From positions 64,001-128,000 of the IMG/VR virus record IMGVR_UViG_3300038415_000014: a stretch of DNA of 64,000 bases. One strand, given 5' to 3'. Shown here one piece after another: positions 20,001-28,735 of this stretch (within the stretch, counting starts at the first letter, position 1; each line of letters starts with the position of its first letter). A model generated the notes under the pieces. It was not told where the DNA came from, made no database searches, and saw only the letters and a list, made by a program, of their open reading frames with translations. The DNA is from a virus. The translations under genes and the position numbers were made by a program.

Positions 20001-21707
20001 AACTTGGTACAGACCTTTGTTGAACAGGGTCGAGAACACGTTGTACTGACCAACCCCAAGCGGTCCTGGAACCGTATTGGTGAGGATGTACGTGTCGTCT
20101 ACAATCCTGTTGTAATAGAAGGTGGCGTAGACATTCCAATCTGGTGGTAGCGCAGTCTTGAGGGTGATCTTCTGGTTGGGTCCGTCAACCGCGAGTACGG
20201 TTGCCGCCGGACGACCAAGAGCATCTTCAAGAGTCCTACCCACACGAGCCACAACGAGGTCGGGTCGGTTCGTGACCAGGTCCTGACGGTTGTTGGCAAC
20301 CGCGTTGAACAAGGACTGCCCAAGAACTGTGTCACGCCCGTTACCTGTTGTAGGAATCTCAGGTAGGAGGAACACGGTGTTGCTGACAACCGCCGGGACC
20401 ACCGTAGTGTCAACGAACGGGGCGCATTGTACTAAGTACAACTTGTCATCAACCAGGGTCGGAACAATCTGCGAGGAAGCGAAAGGTTCGGTCCCAGGAG
20501 TGTTCAAGGTCGAGGACACCGAGTAGCTAGTTCCCCAATGAACGATTGAGACGTCTGGGGTCGGGTTCACGACTACGAAGTCTTGGTTCTGGATGTAGTC
20601 TGAACGACCAGCGCTGATACCACAACGAATGACGCTCGTCACCAACGTGTTGGGGAGGTAGTCGAACGTATCCTGCCAAGTATTGGCCCAGTAGTTGATC
20701 GTGACCACGGAGCCAGGAGGGGGCGCCAGAGCCAGGGTAACAATGCCATTAGTCCCGTCTACTGCGGTCGGGATGACCTGGACATTGTTGACCTTGACCA
20801 CGACCTTAGAGGTGTCCGTGGTAGTGATGCCGCCAGAGGTTCCGTCTACGATGGGGCGTTGAAACACTCGGAACTGAGTATTGCCATTTGCAGATTGACC
20901 TGCAGACAACCCGAGGATGCCATTGATCGTCCCTGACCCGATACTCACTGAGGAGGCTGCTGTTAGGACCAGATGATTGAGACCTTCGTTGTCCGTAAAC
21001 ACCGAAGTCTGGAGTCCAACAATAGCAGCTGCGTCGATTTGATTCTTCAAGCTCAAAGCTGTTGAAGACCCAGCAATGAAAGTAACAGTCGTGGAGGACC
21101 CACCGTTCACTCCGACAATCAGAGTATCGTTGACACTCGCCACGATGACGAATGGCTCGAACCCTGGGGTCGTGATAGATGGGTTGACCGACGATACCTG
21201 AGCGGATACATCGTCCGTGAAGGCGGTGTCGCCTCGGTGAAAGTAATAGGTGACCCGGACTGTGTCCGTTGGTTGCGGGGGAACTTGAAGGGTGATCTCA
21301 CCCAAGGATCCAAGCACACTTCCAATAGCCACCGGGCTACCATTCACGGTCACGGTTACGGATCGAACATCATTAGTGACGCGGCCCATGCCTTGGCCGT
21401 CTACTATCGGGATGTTGCGAACTTGGAAGGTTACCCGAGTCCCATCATTTGCCCCAAGAACTGGGTTGTTGGGGTTCGTGTTGTCCACGATCCAGCGCAA
21501 GGTTACGTCTTCACTGACGATCTGTTCATCGAGCGTAGACGAAGAACCGCGCACCATTTCGAGGTCATCTTGCTCCAGCTCTTCCTGACCGACACCAATA
21601 ATGAATGGTAGTCGGAGGCCAGCAATGAGCGAAGCAACGTTTGCCTCGGTCAGAGTGCGGGAGTAAACACCTGGAGGAAGGTATGTCGCGAAAGGGCCGA
21701 AACTCAT
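17100..21707 (-). CDS. Tail sheath protein, unusually large (1535 aa) with inserted beta-rich domains
   Basis: Typical sheath N-terminus (YLPPGVYSRT) and C-terminus (GITVLE...IRIRQGLTT...QIADYV...YQPIFPLLYLVLTF); AGGAG SD. Confidence 0.88.
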   Translation of the reverse strand: MSFGPFATYLPPGVYSRTLTEANVASLIAGLRLPFIIGVGQEELEQDDLEMVRGSSSTLDEQIVSEDVTLRWIVDNTNPNNPVLGANDGTRVTFQVRNIPIVDGQGMGRVTNDVRSVTVTVNGSPVAIGSVLGSLGEITLQVPPQPTDTVRVTYYFHRGDTAFTDDVSAQVSSVNPSITTPGFEPFVIVASVNDTLIVGVNGGSSTTVTFIAGSSTALSLKNQIDAAAIVGLQTSVFTDNEGLNHLVLTAASSVSIGSGTINGILGLSAGQSANGNTQFRVFQRPIVDGTSGGITTTDTSKVVVKVNNVQVIPTAVDGTNGIVTLALAPPPGSVVTINYWANTWQDTFDYLPNTLVTSVIRCGISAGRSDYIQNQDFVVVNPTPDVSIVHWGTSYSVSSTLNTPGTEPFASSQIVPTLVDDKLYLVQCAPFVDTTVVPAVVSNTVFLLPEIPTTGNGRDTVLGQSLFNAVANNRQDLVTNRPDLVVARVGRTLEDALGRPAATVLAVDGPNQKITLKTALPPDWNVYATFYYNRIVDDTYILTNTVPGPLGVGQYNVFSTLFNKGLYQVRFGTKGGGLTQTVQWPRGVEQIPDAMHVGGTPVSETVTVTFGQTVARNAVYTNLGAQPYSFYSGASDTWRTNVNGTPVTTLLSSAARAYLVSQEVPLSGGDITIPVGGATLNLTIDGVAIAVSLSAGTITPAGVATAVNGVIDANAAFSGTAPNYLFTPIPGPGSSSTFFVIRGYSTPASLPGGFDQKSSVTIDQGTAETLLGFTTFQTASGTPGAINKPATLLGSIPGPFNITTGLNDVFKVRVNGVDFQVTLSNEITPTTGWVTGTGWAGPYPTFTHTSGNTAALTNPMAAIIGAVYTVTLTVVPTSGTTGVTLSFGGVTETAVNTTTTFTITASSTASLSIVPDTTFAGTVAVDIQSQSAGVIASQITSVITSQGAASDATLGNLNKVRITSSNNSPQSAVLIQGGTANSVLGYTEGQSASQTLVSVQEVVDALMGTANFAVTSWSGSPTPNVNGCVAYPDVINNQTYLTIESLTVGAVASSVGFVDGTHSAFNSTAGTGIVPGTSGDNGESATNNFVVTSSNPNGSSGTGIPGQTYMDAVTGLRFTILPCATAPTTPYATNGTFTLVISQTFLVNPGVPYYYIPGLETIVTNTVGVGVNDTANVQTFNPSGLEPANGDYYYISYLYMKQDFSSKIYTTFKTIQANYGELNSTNRVTLAAYLAILNGAVLVGITQVKKVTNTNQGSAADFIAAIQGLATPLPGNIKPDVLVPLSTDTSVYSYLTQHCEVMSNIRNQSERMGMIGFASGTTPTSAQTVARNLFSSRIVALYPDSGVVTFTDELGNTYESLVDGTFYAAAVAGAVCSPAVDVATPYTHRHIQGFTRIPRIMDPVEANQTAVAGITVLEDLQPIIRIRQGLTTNMTSVLTRLPTVTQIADYVSKGSRSILDAFVGTKFLSTRTNEVEVSLTSFFKQLIQQEIVAAFTGISATVDANDPTTLDAEAYYQPIFPLLYLVLTFNLRASI

Positions 21708-21764
21708 GATAAATCTCCTGACTCAAATAGTCTGAACAGGTCTGATTTCGATTTGATCTTAGAA

Positions 21765-21782
21765 GTAGCCTGTCAAGGCTAC
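21765..21782. promoter_or_regulatory. 7-bp-stem hairpin in the sheath 5' leader
   Basis: Minus strand GTAGCCT-TGAC-AGGCTAC; a TTGACA spans the loop, but no matching -10 is seen. Confidence 0.35.
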
Positions 21783-21884
21783 CTAATAGATAGAACAGTG
21801 GTTCATCTGAGTCTGGATTTACATTTCATGCCCGGCCCTTAGAACCGGATGAACTTCTTAACTTTGACTACGCGGAACAAGACT

Positions 21885-22322
21885 TTATTGGGCGGGCTTC
21901 CCTGGCTGTTGTCTTTCGATGTCCACAGCCAGATCTACAAGTTTTGCGCGAGCATCCAGTTGAGGCTGGCCCATTGCTGCATAATCTGTATAGCCGTCAC
22001 CATCTAGTCGCTCAAGAGCAGCACTCCCACCAACCTGCCTCACTTGCTTCTTGACTTTATCCCTCTCCCGATAAGTAGCCCATCGAGCCTCAGCACTTCT
22101 ACCGACTACCTTGTCTGCACTTGGGTAGTCTTGATCATGGACTCCTGAGTTAGCTGGGGCAGTACCACCAGCGGCGAACCCGAATCCGAAGGCTGACTTA
22201 TCAAACAGCCTAGGTGCTTCCTCCTTACATGAAGGGCATGGGTGAGTTGGGTGGTCCCCCATCTTCAAAGTACGGTCAAACCTAGTCGAGCATTGTTGAC
22301 ACTCGAAGGTGTAGCGAGGCAT
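21885..22322 (-). CDS. FmdB-like zinc-ribbon protein
   Basis: MPRYTFECQQC...CPSC is the FmdB-type N-terminal signature. Confidence 0.75.
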   Translation of the reverse strand: MPRYTFECQQCSTRFDRTLKMGDHPTHPCPSCKEEAPRLFDKSAFGFGFAAGGTAPANSGVHDQDYPSADKVVGRSAEARWATYRERDKVKKQVRQVGGSAALERLDGDGYTDYAAMGQPQLDARAKLVDLAVDIERQQPGKPAQ

Positions 22323-22334
22323 ATTGAACCCCTT

Positions 22335-23498
22335 TCATCCGATCCGTTCGTAATTTGCATTTCGCCCAGGTATAGTGGGCGTAGTATTGAAGAAAAGTGA
22401 AGCTTGTGAGAGAGCTTGGATGCTTGGGGTTCCATCCGACTTCGTGTATGCCGACACTTTACTGATCGTGTACGGTATCGGGATATGCATCTCCCAGTCA
22501 GATTGAATCTGAACTGTCATCGAGGAATTGTAGTAGTACAACTCGGCGGAGTCATCGTAGATCTCTTCTGACTCACCACCCATCGAAGTATCCATCACTT
22601 CGAGGCCCTCAAAGGACAGAGCGCTACGCTTCTCTCCCCAGAGGTACATGAGCACTAGGTCAGCGATCTCCTCCGACTGCATTGGGTCCCGAGAGATCAC
22701 ATCGAGGTCGAATGATATATCGAACCGTCCACCATAGGCTTGCGCGGTCTCTACTCGATCCGAGTACACGACGATGGCTTGCTTGTCACCAGTCTTGCCC
22801 CTCTTACCAAAGGCGAGTACCACACCAGGAAGGGTCTTCCAGTCCGCCATGTTCCAAGCCCACCTGATAGGACCAATCGAGGGGGCCGCATACCGGTATC
22901 CAGCTGTGACTATGGTCCCAGGGAAGAAACCACTCTTGAAAGTGATCTCTTGGTTAGCATAGTCAACAGTATAGTCTGAACCCTCAACAAGCAATTGGTT
23001 TCGGTTCGCCCACAACCTCAGGGTTCCTTGGACGGGCTGATTCTGGATAGCGGCTGAGATTACAACTCCAGATTGAGTTTGAATGATTGGCTCATCGTTA
23101 ACCGTCAGAAGAGGGTCAATGATGAACTCCCCAAACTCCCCAGGCATTGTAGGGGCCGAAAGACACTCTATATAGTAGACCCCAGCGGGGATAGGCATCC
23201 CCCCGCACTCCTTGACCTTGTTCAGATCCTCTCTGACCCACTCAAGTAAGTAGGCTGGCTCATTGTAGTACGTCAACATGACGTGGCTCTCAATGGTTCC
23301 AAGGAAGTTCTGAGGGGATACTTGAACCTTGTTCGCAGAGGACCCCTTCACCACGATGCCATACTGAGGTCGCTCGTCAAAGGCAAATCGATTCTGTATA
23401 AACGGTACGATCTTTTCGAAGACAGGATGCCTAGAAAAGCTGTCCTGCAACTCAAGTATGAGCCGGCGCTTCAACGAGGATATCAGGTAGAAGTACAT
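22335..23498 (-). CDS. Tail completion/terminator-like protein with inserted beta domain
   Basis: Position upstream of the sheath; FDISFDLDVISRDPMQSEEIADLV and YNSSMTVQIQSDWE fit the terminator-type alpha/beta pattern. Confidence 0.55.
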   Translation of the reverse strand: MYFYLISSLKRRLILELQDSFSRHPVFEKIVPFIQNRFAFDERPQYGIVVKGSSANKVQVSPQNFLGTIESHVMLTYYNEPAYLLEWVREDLNKVKECGGMPIPAGVYYIECLSAPTMPGEFGEFIIDPLLTVNDEPIIQTQSGVVISAAIQNQPVQGTLRLWANRNQLLVEGSDYTVDYANQEITFKSGFFPGTIVTAGYRYAAPSIGPIRWAWNMADWKTLPGVVLAFGKRGKTGDKQAIVVYSDRVETAQAYGGRFDISFDLDVISRDPMQSEEIADLVLMYLWGEKRSALSFEGLEVMDTSMGGESEEIYDDSAELYYYNSSMTVQIQSDWEMHIPIPYTISKVSAYTKSDGTPSIQALSQASLFFNTTPTIPGRNANYERIG

Positions 23499-24535
23499 CA
23501 GTCCTTGTACTCATGGCCAGCGAGAACCAACAACCCATCGGCTACCGCATCCAAAGGTCGCTCAACCCTGAATACCTTCGAGATTGGGATTGGGAATCCC
23601 TTCTTCCTGATGGTGTTGAACTCCTCATTGAACACATCCATGAAGCCACCGGCTAAAGAAGTACCTCCAGAGACAACTAGGGGTATCTCATCCAAGTGAT
23701 CGTTTTGCTCTTGCTTGACTCTCTCAGAGATCTTCTCTAGACAATGACGGATCATCGTCCTGACATATAAGGATATTGCTTCAAGATCAGCATTTCCAAC
23801 CGGTGGAGTTGCGAGGTTGAACCCACCCTTCTCTTTCAGGGTACACATCCTCGCCGCTGTTGACCCGACTGCCTTTGCTGAGTGCAGGTCAACCCAGTCA
23901 CCACCACCTCGGGCGATGGAGAAGTTCAATCCCTTGATGCCATAAGAGGCAAGGGCCACATTGCACAAACCTGACCCAAACGAAATAGCTAACCCAGAAA
24001 ACTCAGTGTCAAAGCACTGAGAGTAGATGATGGCCATAGCCTCATTCGTGGACTGAGCCTTGTAACCAAGTCTAGTGATGATCTGATTGAACGAGTTTTC
24101 ATGGAACTTTACATCCTGATCCGGAAGGTCAATGGGGTCAGCTGGAACACTGTAGAAGCAGGGCTCATCCTTGCACGCCGGCTTACCTAATACGTTCTCG
24201 ATTAGGTTGTTGAGGACATGCTGAGCCTTTATGGCTCCTGGAGAGATCAATCCCTTGGAGAGGGGCCGCTTGACCTCCTGCTTGAACAAGTTTGCCATTT
24301 GGAAAGACTTGTCCCCGATGACTACGACTTCGCTTTGCTCCGGGAACTCTACGAAGGTGATGTTACTCATCTTCAGAGTCTTTTCATTCTCGGCATCAAT
24401 CTCGATATAGGCGTCTTTGACCCTCTTGTGATCGATCCCACCACTCTCATCGTACCTAGCGGCTACGAAGTTCATGGTACCTACATCCAAGCCTACTCCT
24501 AATGACTTATCTGACATCTGGGTATTCCTTTTCAT
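23498..24535 (-). CDS. Actin-fold (MreB/FtsA/ParM superfamily) ATPase
   Basis: All five actin motifs are present: phosphate-1 GLDVGT, connect-1 NEAMA, phosphate-2 ISFGSGLCNV, adenosine VVSGGTS, connect-2 AVADG. Start may be the ATG at 24517. Confidence 0.85.
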   Translation of the reverse strand: MKRNTQMSDKSLGVGLDVGTMNFVAARYDESGGIDHKRVKDAYIEIDAENEKTLKMSNITFVEFPEQSEVVVIGDKSFQMANLFKQEVKRPLSKGLISPGAIKAQHVLNNLIENVLGKPACKDEPCFYSVPADPIDLPDQDVKFHENSFNQIITRLGYKAQSTNEAMAIIYSQCFDTEFSGLAISFGSGLCNVALASYGIKGLNFSIARGGGDWVDLHSAKAVGSTAARMCTLKEKGGFNLATPPVGNADLEAISLYVRTMIRHCLEKISERVKQEQNDHLDEIPLVVSGGTSLAGGFMDVFNEEFNTIRKKGFPIPISKVFRVERPLDAVADGLLVLAGHEYKD

Positions 24536-24551
24536 CTAATTTGATTGGGTT

Positions 24552-25253
24552 TTATGTTAATCGCTGTCTAAGGAGGTAGAGGTGACCCTCATGCTTGTCT
24601 TCGATGCCGGCCAACATGTTGTCGACACCCCGAGACAGGTCTCCCCTCTCCTTCATAACCTTGGCGATCTCAGTCATACAAGCCATGAACTCACTCTCAG
24701 CTAAAAGACTGACTTCAAGGTATGCTTTCGGGTTCTCACCCCCAGGGTTGGCTACTCCATCCCCACAGAACTTCTTGACGATGTGAGCTACGATGCAGCT
24801 CTGAAGACCTGGATGCATCTTGTCCAGTGGGACTCCGGTCCCTACAGCCTTCTCTGCCACCCCGTCTATATCCTCAGCGGTCTGATTGTACAGGCGCTCA
24901 AACAAGAGGTGGTCAGCGAAGTAGGTCTCACCGTAGGTCAACCAATGGTGGTACTGGTGGATGGTGGCGAGCGCCTTCAGGAAGACAAGAGCTGTGGGAA
25001 GCCCGTAACCAACCCCATGAGCCATCTTGGCAGCAGTCGCCACCAAGGACCTTGTCGAGGCTTGCTTGTCTAGGCGAACCTTCATTCCAGGAAGGTAGGG
25101 CGGTCCGTGGAAGAATGGGTTGTATGAAGACGGGTCCTGCCAAATGACGAAGGTCGCATCATCCGGAGGAGTACCCGGGTTGCTGACCCCTGGGTGATCC
25201 GGGGTCGGTGAGAAGGAAGGGTCCATCCCAGCAGTCTTCCAACGCGGGTCCAT
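24552..25253 (-). CDS. dps: Dps-like ferritin-fold protein with N-terminal extension
   Basis: HWLTYGETYFADH..DGVAE gives H, H+12, D+27, E+31, the spacing of the Dps ferroxidase ligands. The ATG at 25253 overlaps the upstream TAA. Confidence 0.75.
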   Translation of the reverse strand: MDPRWKTAGMDPSFSPTPDHPGVSNPGTPPDDATFVIWQDPSSYNPFFHGPPYLPGMKVRLDKQASTRSLVATAAKMAHGVGYGLPTALVFLKALATIHQYHHWLTYGETYFADHLLFERLYNQTAEDIDGVAEKAVGTGVPLDKMHPGLQSCIVAHIVKKFCGDGVANPGGENPKAYLEVSLLAESEFMACMTEIAKVMKERGDLSRGVDNMLAGIEDKHEGHLYLLRQRLT

Positions 25254-26125
25254 TAGGCTTTTCCTAGGCGTTGTTCTAGTTGTTTGGCTACAATGGTACA
25301 TTCTTTGGCCAAACCAAGTATCTCTGGCTGTACCTCGGTCATCACGAAGGTCGGGTCTTCAGTGTGACCAACCCCGATCTGTTGCATCCTCTTTGAGCGC
25401 TGTTCGCACTCCTTCAAAGCCTTGATAATCTTGTCGTACTGCTCTTTGAGAGCCTTAATCGCTGGGTGATCCTCACCCTCTTTGATGATCTCAGCTGCTA
25501 ACTCCCATTGTTCCTGAGAGGTCGCGCTCTTGGCTACTGGTGTTGGAACAGCAGACTTCTTCGGTACGTTGTAGTTCACCTCGAACTGAGCTGTATCCTT
25601 GAGGCGTTCCGCGAGTTCCTCTGGACCCATACCCTCATCCTGAAGTGTGGTAGCAAAAGCTGGGTCGTACCCTTTGGCTGACAACATAGTCTGCATTTCT
25701 TGAAGGAACTTACTTGCAGGATCTGGGGCTACCTCCAACTTCAGCTCTTTGCCCACCTGACTCAGAGTGAACCTCTGAGGCTTGGCCGGGAACGTCTTGC
25801 CAGTGAACGGGGACTTGACCGTACCGGTCAACCGCTGATCACAGTAGAAGTCCCTGCCCTCGGGGTCCACATAGCGCCAGAGGGACCCTTTAATCTTGGC
25901 ATCCCCAGCCCGAAGCTCTTTGCCAATGTCACTCAGAGATTGACGAATCGGCTTTGGGGTGAAAGCCCTACCGGTGAACGGAGAGCGAATCGTACTCGTA
26001 ATGCGCTCCGAGAGATAGAACACGATCCCTTCGGTGTCCACATACTTCCAAAGTATTGCGGCAGCTATCTTCTCAACGATGGACCCTACCCGATTTAGAA
26101 GTCTGTCCTTGGCGCTCATGGTCAA
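25253..26125 (-). CDS. Hypothetical protein with tandem about 48-aa duplication
   Basis: LWKYVDTEG..SPFTG..GKELR and LWRYVDPEG..SPFTG..GKELK. Confidence 0.75.
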   Translation of the reverse strand: MTMSAKDRLLNRVGSIVEKIAAAILWKYVDTEGIVFYLSERITSTIRSPFTGRAFTPKPIRQSLSDIGKELRAGDAKIKGSLWRYVDPEGRDFYCDQRLTGTVKSPFTGKTFPAKPQRFTLSQVGKELKLEVAPDPASKFLQEMQTMLSAKGYDPAFATTLQDEGMGPEELAERLKDTAQFEVNYNVPKKSAVPTPVAKSATSQEQWELAAEIIKEGEDHPAIKALKEQYDKIIKALKECEQRSKRMQQIGVGHTEDPTFVMTEVQPEILGLAKECTIVAKQLEQRLGKA

Positions 26126-26153
26126 TCTCCGTAACTGTCAGATCCTAAGTACA

Positions 26154-26822
26154 TTAACTACGCTTCCCCTTGCGTAAGTTCTGGAGTGCTTTGCCCGCGG
26201 CCTGTGCAGCGCTCCCGTCAACCTTGTCCTCTTTAACGACCATCTTCTTGGTGGGACCGAAGGTTGGAACAAAGACCGGTATATCTTCTTCCACTGCTGG
26301 CTTAGTCGGAAGTACCTCACTCGAACTAGCTTGGATCACAACCCTACTCGGAAGGTTATCGATCTTGCTCAGAATTGTGGACAACTTTGAGTCTTCCTCT
26401 TTGAGCTTTGTAATCTCGGTTCGAAGTTGGTTACTCTCTGCCAATAACCTGCCGCATTCAGCACGAGATTCCCCTAGATCTCTAGTCAGCCTCTGAACCT
26501 CAGCGGATGAAGCCATCAACTCGACCATGGCTTTTTGAATTGTGGCCCTCAGCTCTACCAACTCAGTTGAGTCAGGTGGTGATTCAACTGATCCCTCGTG
26601 TTCACTTTTCGGCTGAGTCGATAGGGTGCTATCCAACCTTGGGTTTGAATCAAGCTTGATGATACGCTTTTGAGACATGAACCTGCCCAAGTCTCGCGAG
26701 TCACAGGCTAGGTTACCTGGAATCGTAATCGGACGCCCTCGTGGTACACTAAAGTGTATATCCTCGATGACTAGATCCTCTCTAACGGCTTGAACAATCA
26801 TATCGCCTTGGCTCGGAGTCAT
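26154..26822 (-). CDS. Hypothetical coiled-coil protein
   Basis: Heptad-like central region; ATGA overlap with the upstream gene. Confidence 0.7.
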   Translation of the reverse strand: MTPSQGDMIVQAVREDLVIEDIHFSVPRGRPITIPGNLACDSRDLGRFMSQKRIIKLDSNPRLDSTLSTQPKSEHEGSVESPPDSTELVELRATIQKAMVELMASSAEVQRLTRDLGESRAECGRLLAESNQLRTEITKLKEEDSKLSTILSKIDNLPSRVVIQASSSEVLPTKPAVEEDIPVFVPTFGPTKKMVVKEDKVDGSAAQAAGKALQNLRKGKRS

Positions 26823-27325
26823 GACATTCTGATCACTTTCTTAGCTGCATTTTTAGCGGCCATCGCAACCTCAGACACGATGGCCTTTCTGATTTGGGTC
26901 TTGGCTTCCTTCTTTGCCTTCTCAATGAAGTCGTAAGGTGGACGTCCTGGGTGTATCCACTTTCCGTCTTTCATCGATTTGATGGTCGCCGATCTGAAGA
27001 TTAACTCACCTTGTTCAGTGATAATAGGAATAGGAGCCCGAGCCTTGGTCAACCACCTCATTTGACCCTTGCGCTGTCCTCTCATCAAGTGTGTGAAAGC
27101 AGGGTGCTTAGAGTAAAATGTAATCGATGAGGGCCCGGTCTCTACCATGAGGGACTTGGAGAGAGCTTTCTTGGCTCGATCTGAAAAGGTGGATTGGACC
27201 AGCTTGTCCCGTAACCTACGAAGTACACTATGCTTTACCCGATTCAGGGCATTATCCGGACTAGCCCCCAAGCCTCGAAGGAGGGGCTTACCGTAGAGAG
27301 AGGCTAGCTTGTATTCTTGAGCCAT
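26819..27325 (-). CDS. Basic neck/tail-completion-like protein
   Basis: Highly basic, with a WIHPGRPPYDFIEKA motif like HK97 gp10-type completion proteins; follows the neck gene. Confidence 0.45.
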   Translation of the reverse strand: MAQEYKLASLYGKPLLRGLGASPDNALNRVKHSVLRRLRDKLVQSTFSDRAKKALSKSLMVETGPSSITFYSKHPAFTHLMRGQRKGQMRWLTKARAPIPIITEQGELIFRSATIKSMKDGKWIHPGRPPYDFIEKAKKEAKTQIRKAIVSEVAMAAKNAAKKVIRMS

Positions 27326-27327
27326 TA

Positions 27328-28677
27328 TCAGTAGTTAGAGTTCTTCCAAGCCAAAGTGCGCCCTCGGTACTGGCGTTCCTTCGGAGTATTGGGATCATCT
27401 GTGATGCGCTCGGAGGCTTCATACTCAGGGCCACTCGGGGCAAACTGGGTTGCCGCAAACTTGATGGGGTTGCCCACAGGGACTTGATACCGAATGTCCT
27501 TCTCGTCGAAACAGTTGATTGTAAAGTGCTGTTGTAGGACTGTCCCACGATTCGAGGGCCTTCTCACAGCTCCGATACTGTAACGGTCCCCATCAATCTT
27601 CAGGATGAAGTCCCTCTGGTTGAGGATCGGTTGCGGGCCTGTGAAGACTTCATACGAGGTAGCTACTGTCCGTCCTGACTCGACCTGGGTTATCTTGACC
27701 TCTGCATCAGGTGGGGCAATGAGGATCTCGTAGGGTCCCTCGTAGCCGCCGATTATCCCAGTCGCGTAGCACTTCAGACAATCCCCCAGGGGTTGCTTGT
27801 GGGTCTGGTCATAGCAAGGGCATTGAATACCAACGACCTTCTGTAGGTAGACCTTCACGCGCTCGCCACCCTGTTCGAGAATCCAACGGTTGCGTCGAAT
27901 TGCTTCCCTCCAGTAGTTGTCGAGCTTCTCGACCTCCAGAGTGTTGGTAGCCGTAGCGTGCGCTAGAGGGGTCTCCACCAGGCTATCAGGGGTCGCTTCA
28001 GCCCAATTGCTCGTGACAGGGTAGCCCACGGTTGTGACTCGATAGAAGATACGCTGAGCTAGGTCCGTCTTCACGAGATCCCTCGTGTACCGATAGGTAC
28101 ACGTTACCCGACTCGTGGAAGTCGGGATCACTGGGATGATGTTCTTCTGGAGAGCGGTATCCATGTAGACGTGGGCGTCGATCTCGATTTCCCCAGTCTG
28201 CCCGTTCACCCAGAAAACCTTGGCCTCTACCCCATCCACGTAGACCCTGACTTCATGCGGGCTGTTGGTTGGGATTCCACGAGCTGCCTCTCCTACGATG
28301 GGGTACCTGTCTGTCTTGAACACATAGCGCGGCCCATCCTGCCCAGTAGCCTGAGTCCCAAAGAGGATGAACGAGTCCGTGACGTCTTCTTCGATTATCA
28401 GCTCGTTATCGGTCTGGTCCTGCCAAAAAGTTGATCCAATGGGGAGTTCTGTGATCCTCTTGTAGGGGCCAAACTCTGAATCAAAGCTACGATAGACGTT
28501 GACCCCCAACAGCTTGAATCGGCTATTCAACATGAGGATAGATGGGTCATCCCATTGGAGGTTGATAATCCCAACTAACCCACTCGACATGAACAGATTC
28601 AACGGCGGAGCTGGCCAAGGGATCTTGGTCAGCTCCGTAAGTCCCGGCGTCCTGTCACGATTGCTCACATCCGCCAT
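27328..28677 (-). CDS. Head-closure/neck protein with Zn-binding insert
   Basis: WILEQGGERVKVY..C.C..CLKCYATG..GGY, QRDFILKIDGDRYSI (closure-type beta barrel); position in the neck cluster. Confidence 0.55.
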   Translation of the reverse strand: MADVSNRDRTPGLTELTKIPWPAPPLNLFMSSGLVGIINLQWDDPSILMLNSRFKLLGVNVYRSFDSEFGPYKRITELPIGSTFWQDQTDNELIIEEDVTDSFILFGTQATGQDGPRYVFKTDRYPIVGEAARGIPTNSPHEVRVYVDGVEAKVFWVNGQTGEIEIDAHVYMDTALQKNIIPVIPTSTSRVTCTYRYTRDLVKTDLAQRIFYRVTTVGYPVTSNWAEATPDSLVETPLAHATATNTLEVEKLDNYWREAIRRNRWILEQGGERVKVYLQKVVGIQCPCYDQTHKQPLGDCLKCYATGIIGGYEGPYEILIAPPDAEVKITQVESGRTVATSYEVFTGPQPILNQRDFILKIDGDRYSIGAVRRPSNRGTVLQQHFTINCFDEKDIRYQVPVGNPIKFAATQFAPSGPEYEASERITDDPNTPKERQYRGRTLAWKNSNY

Positions 28678-28735
28678 GTTGAGTAGTCCTCACTAAGGGC
28701 TCCCAATAAGGTGAAGTTTGAGCATGCTACCTGAA

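Noticed and set aside
21765-21782. TTGACA in the sheath leader as a sigma70 promoter
   Set aside because: There is no -10 hexamer at 16-18 nt; it is kept only as a hairpin.
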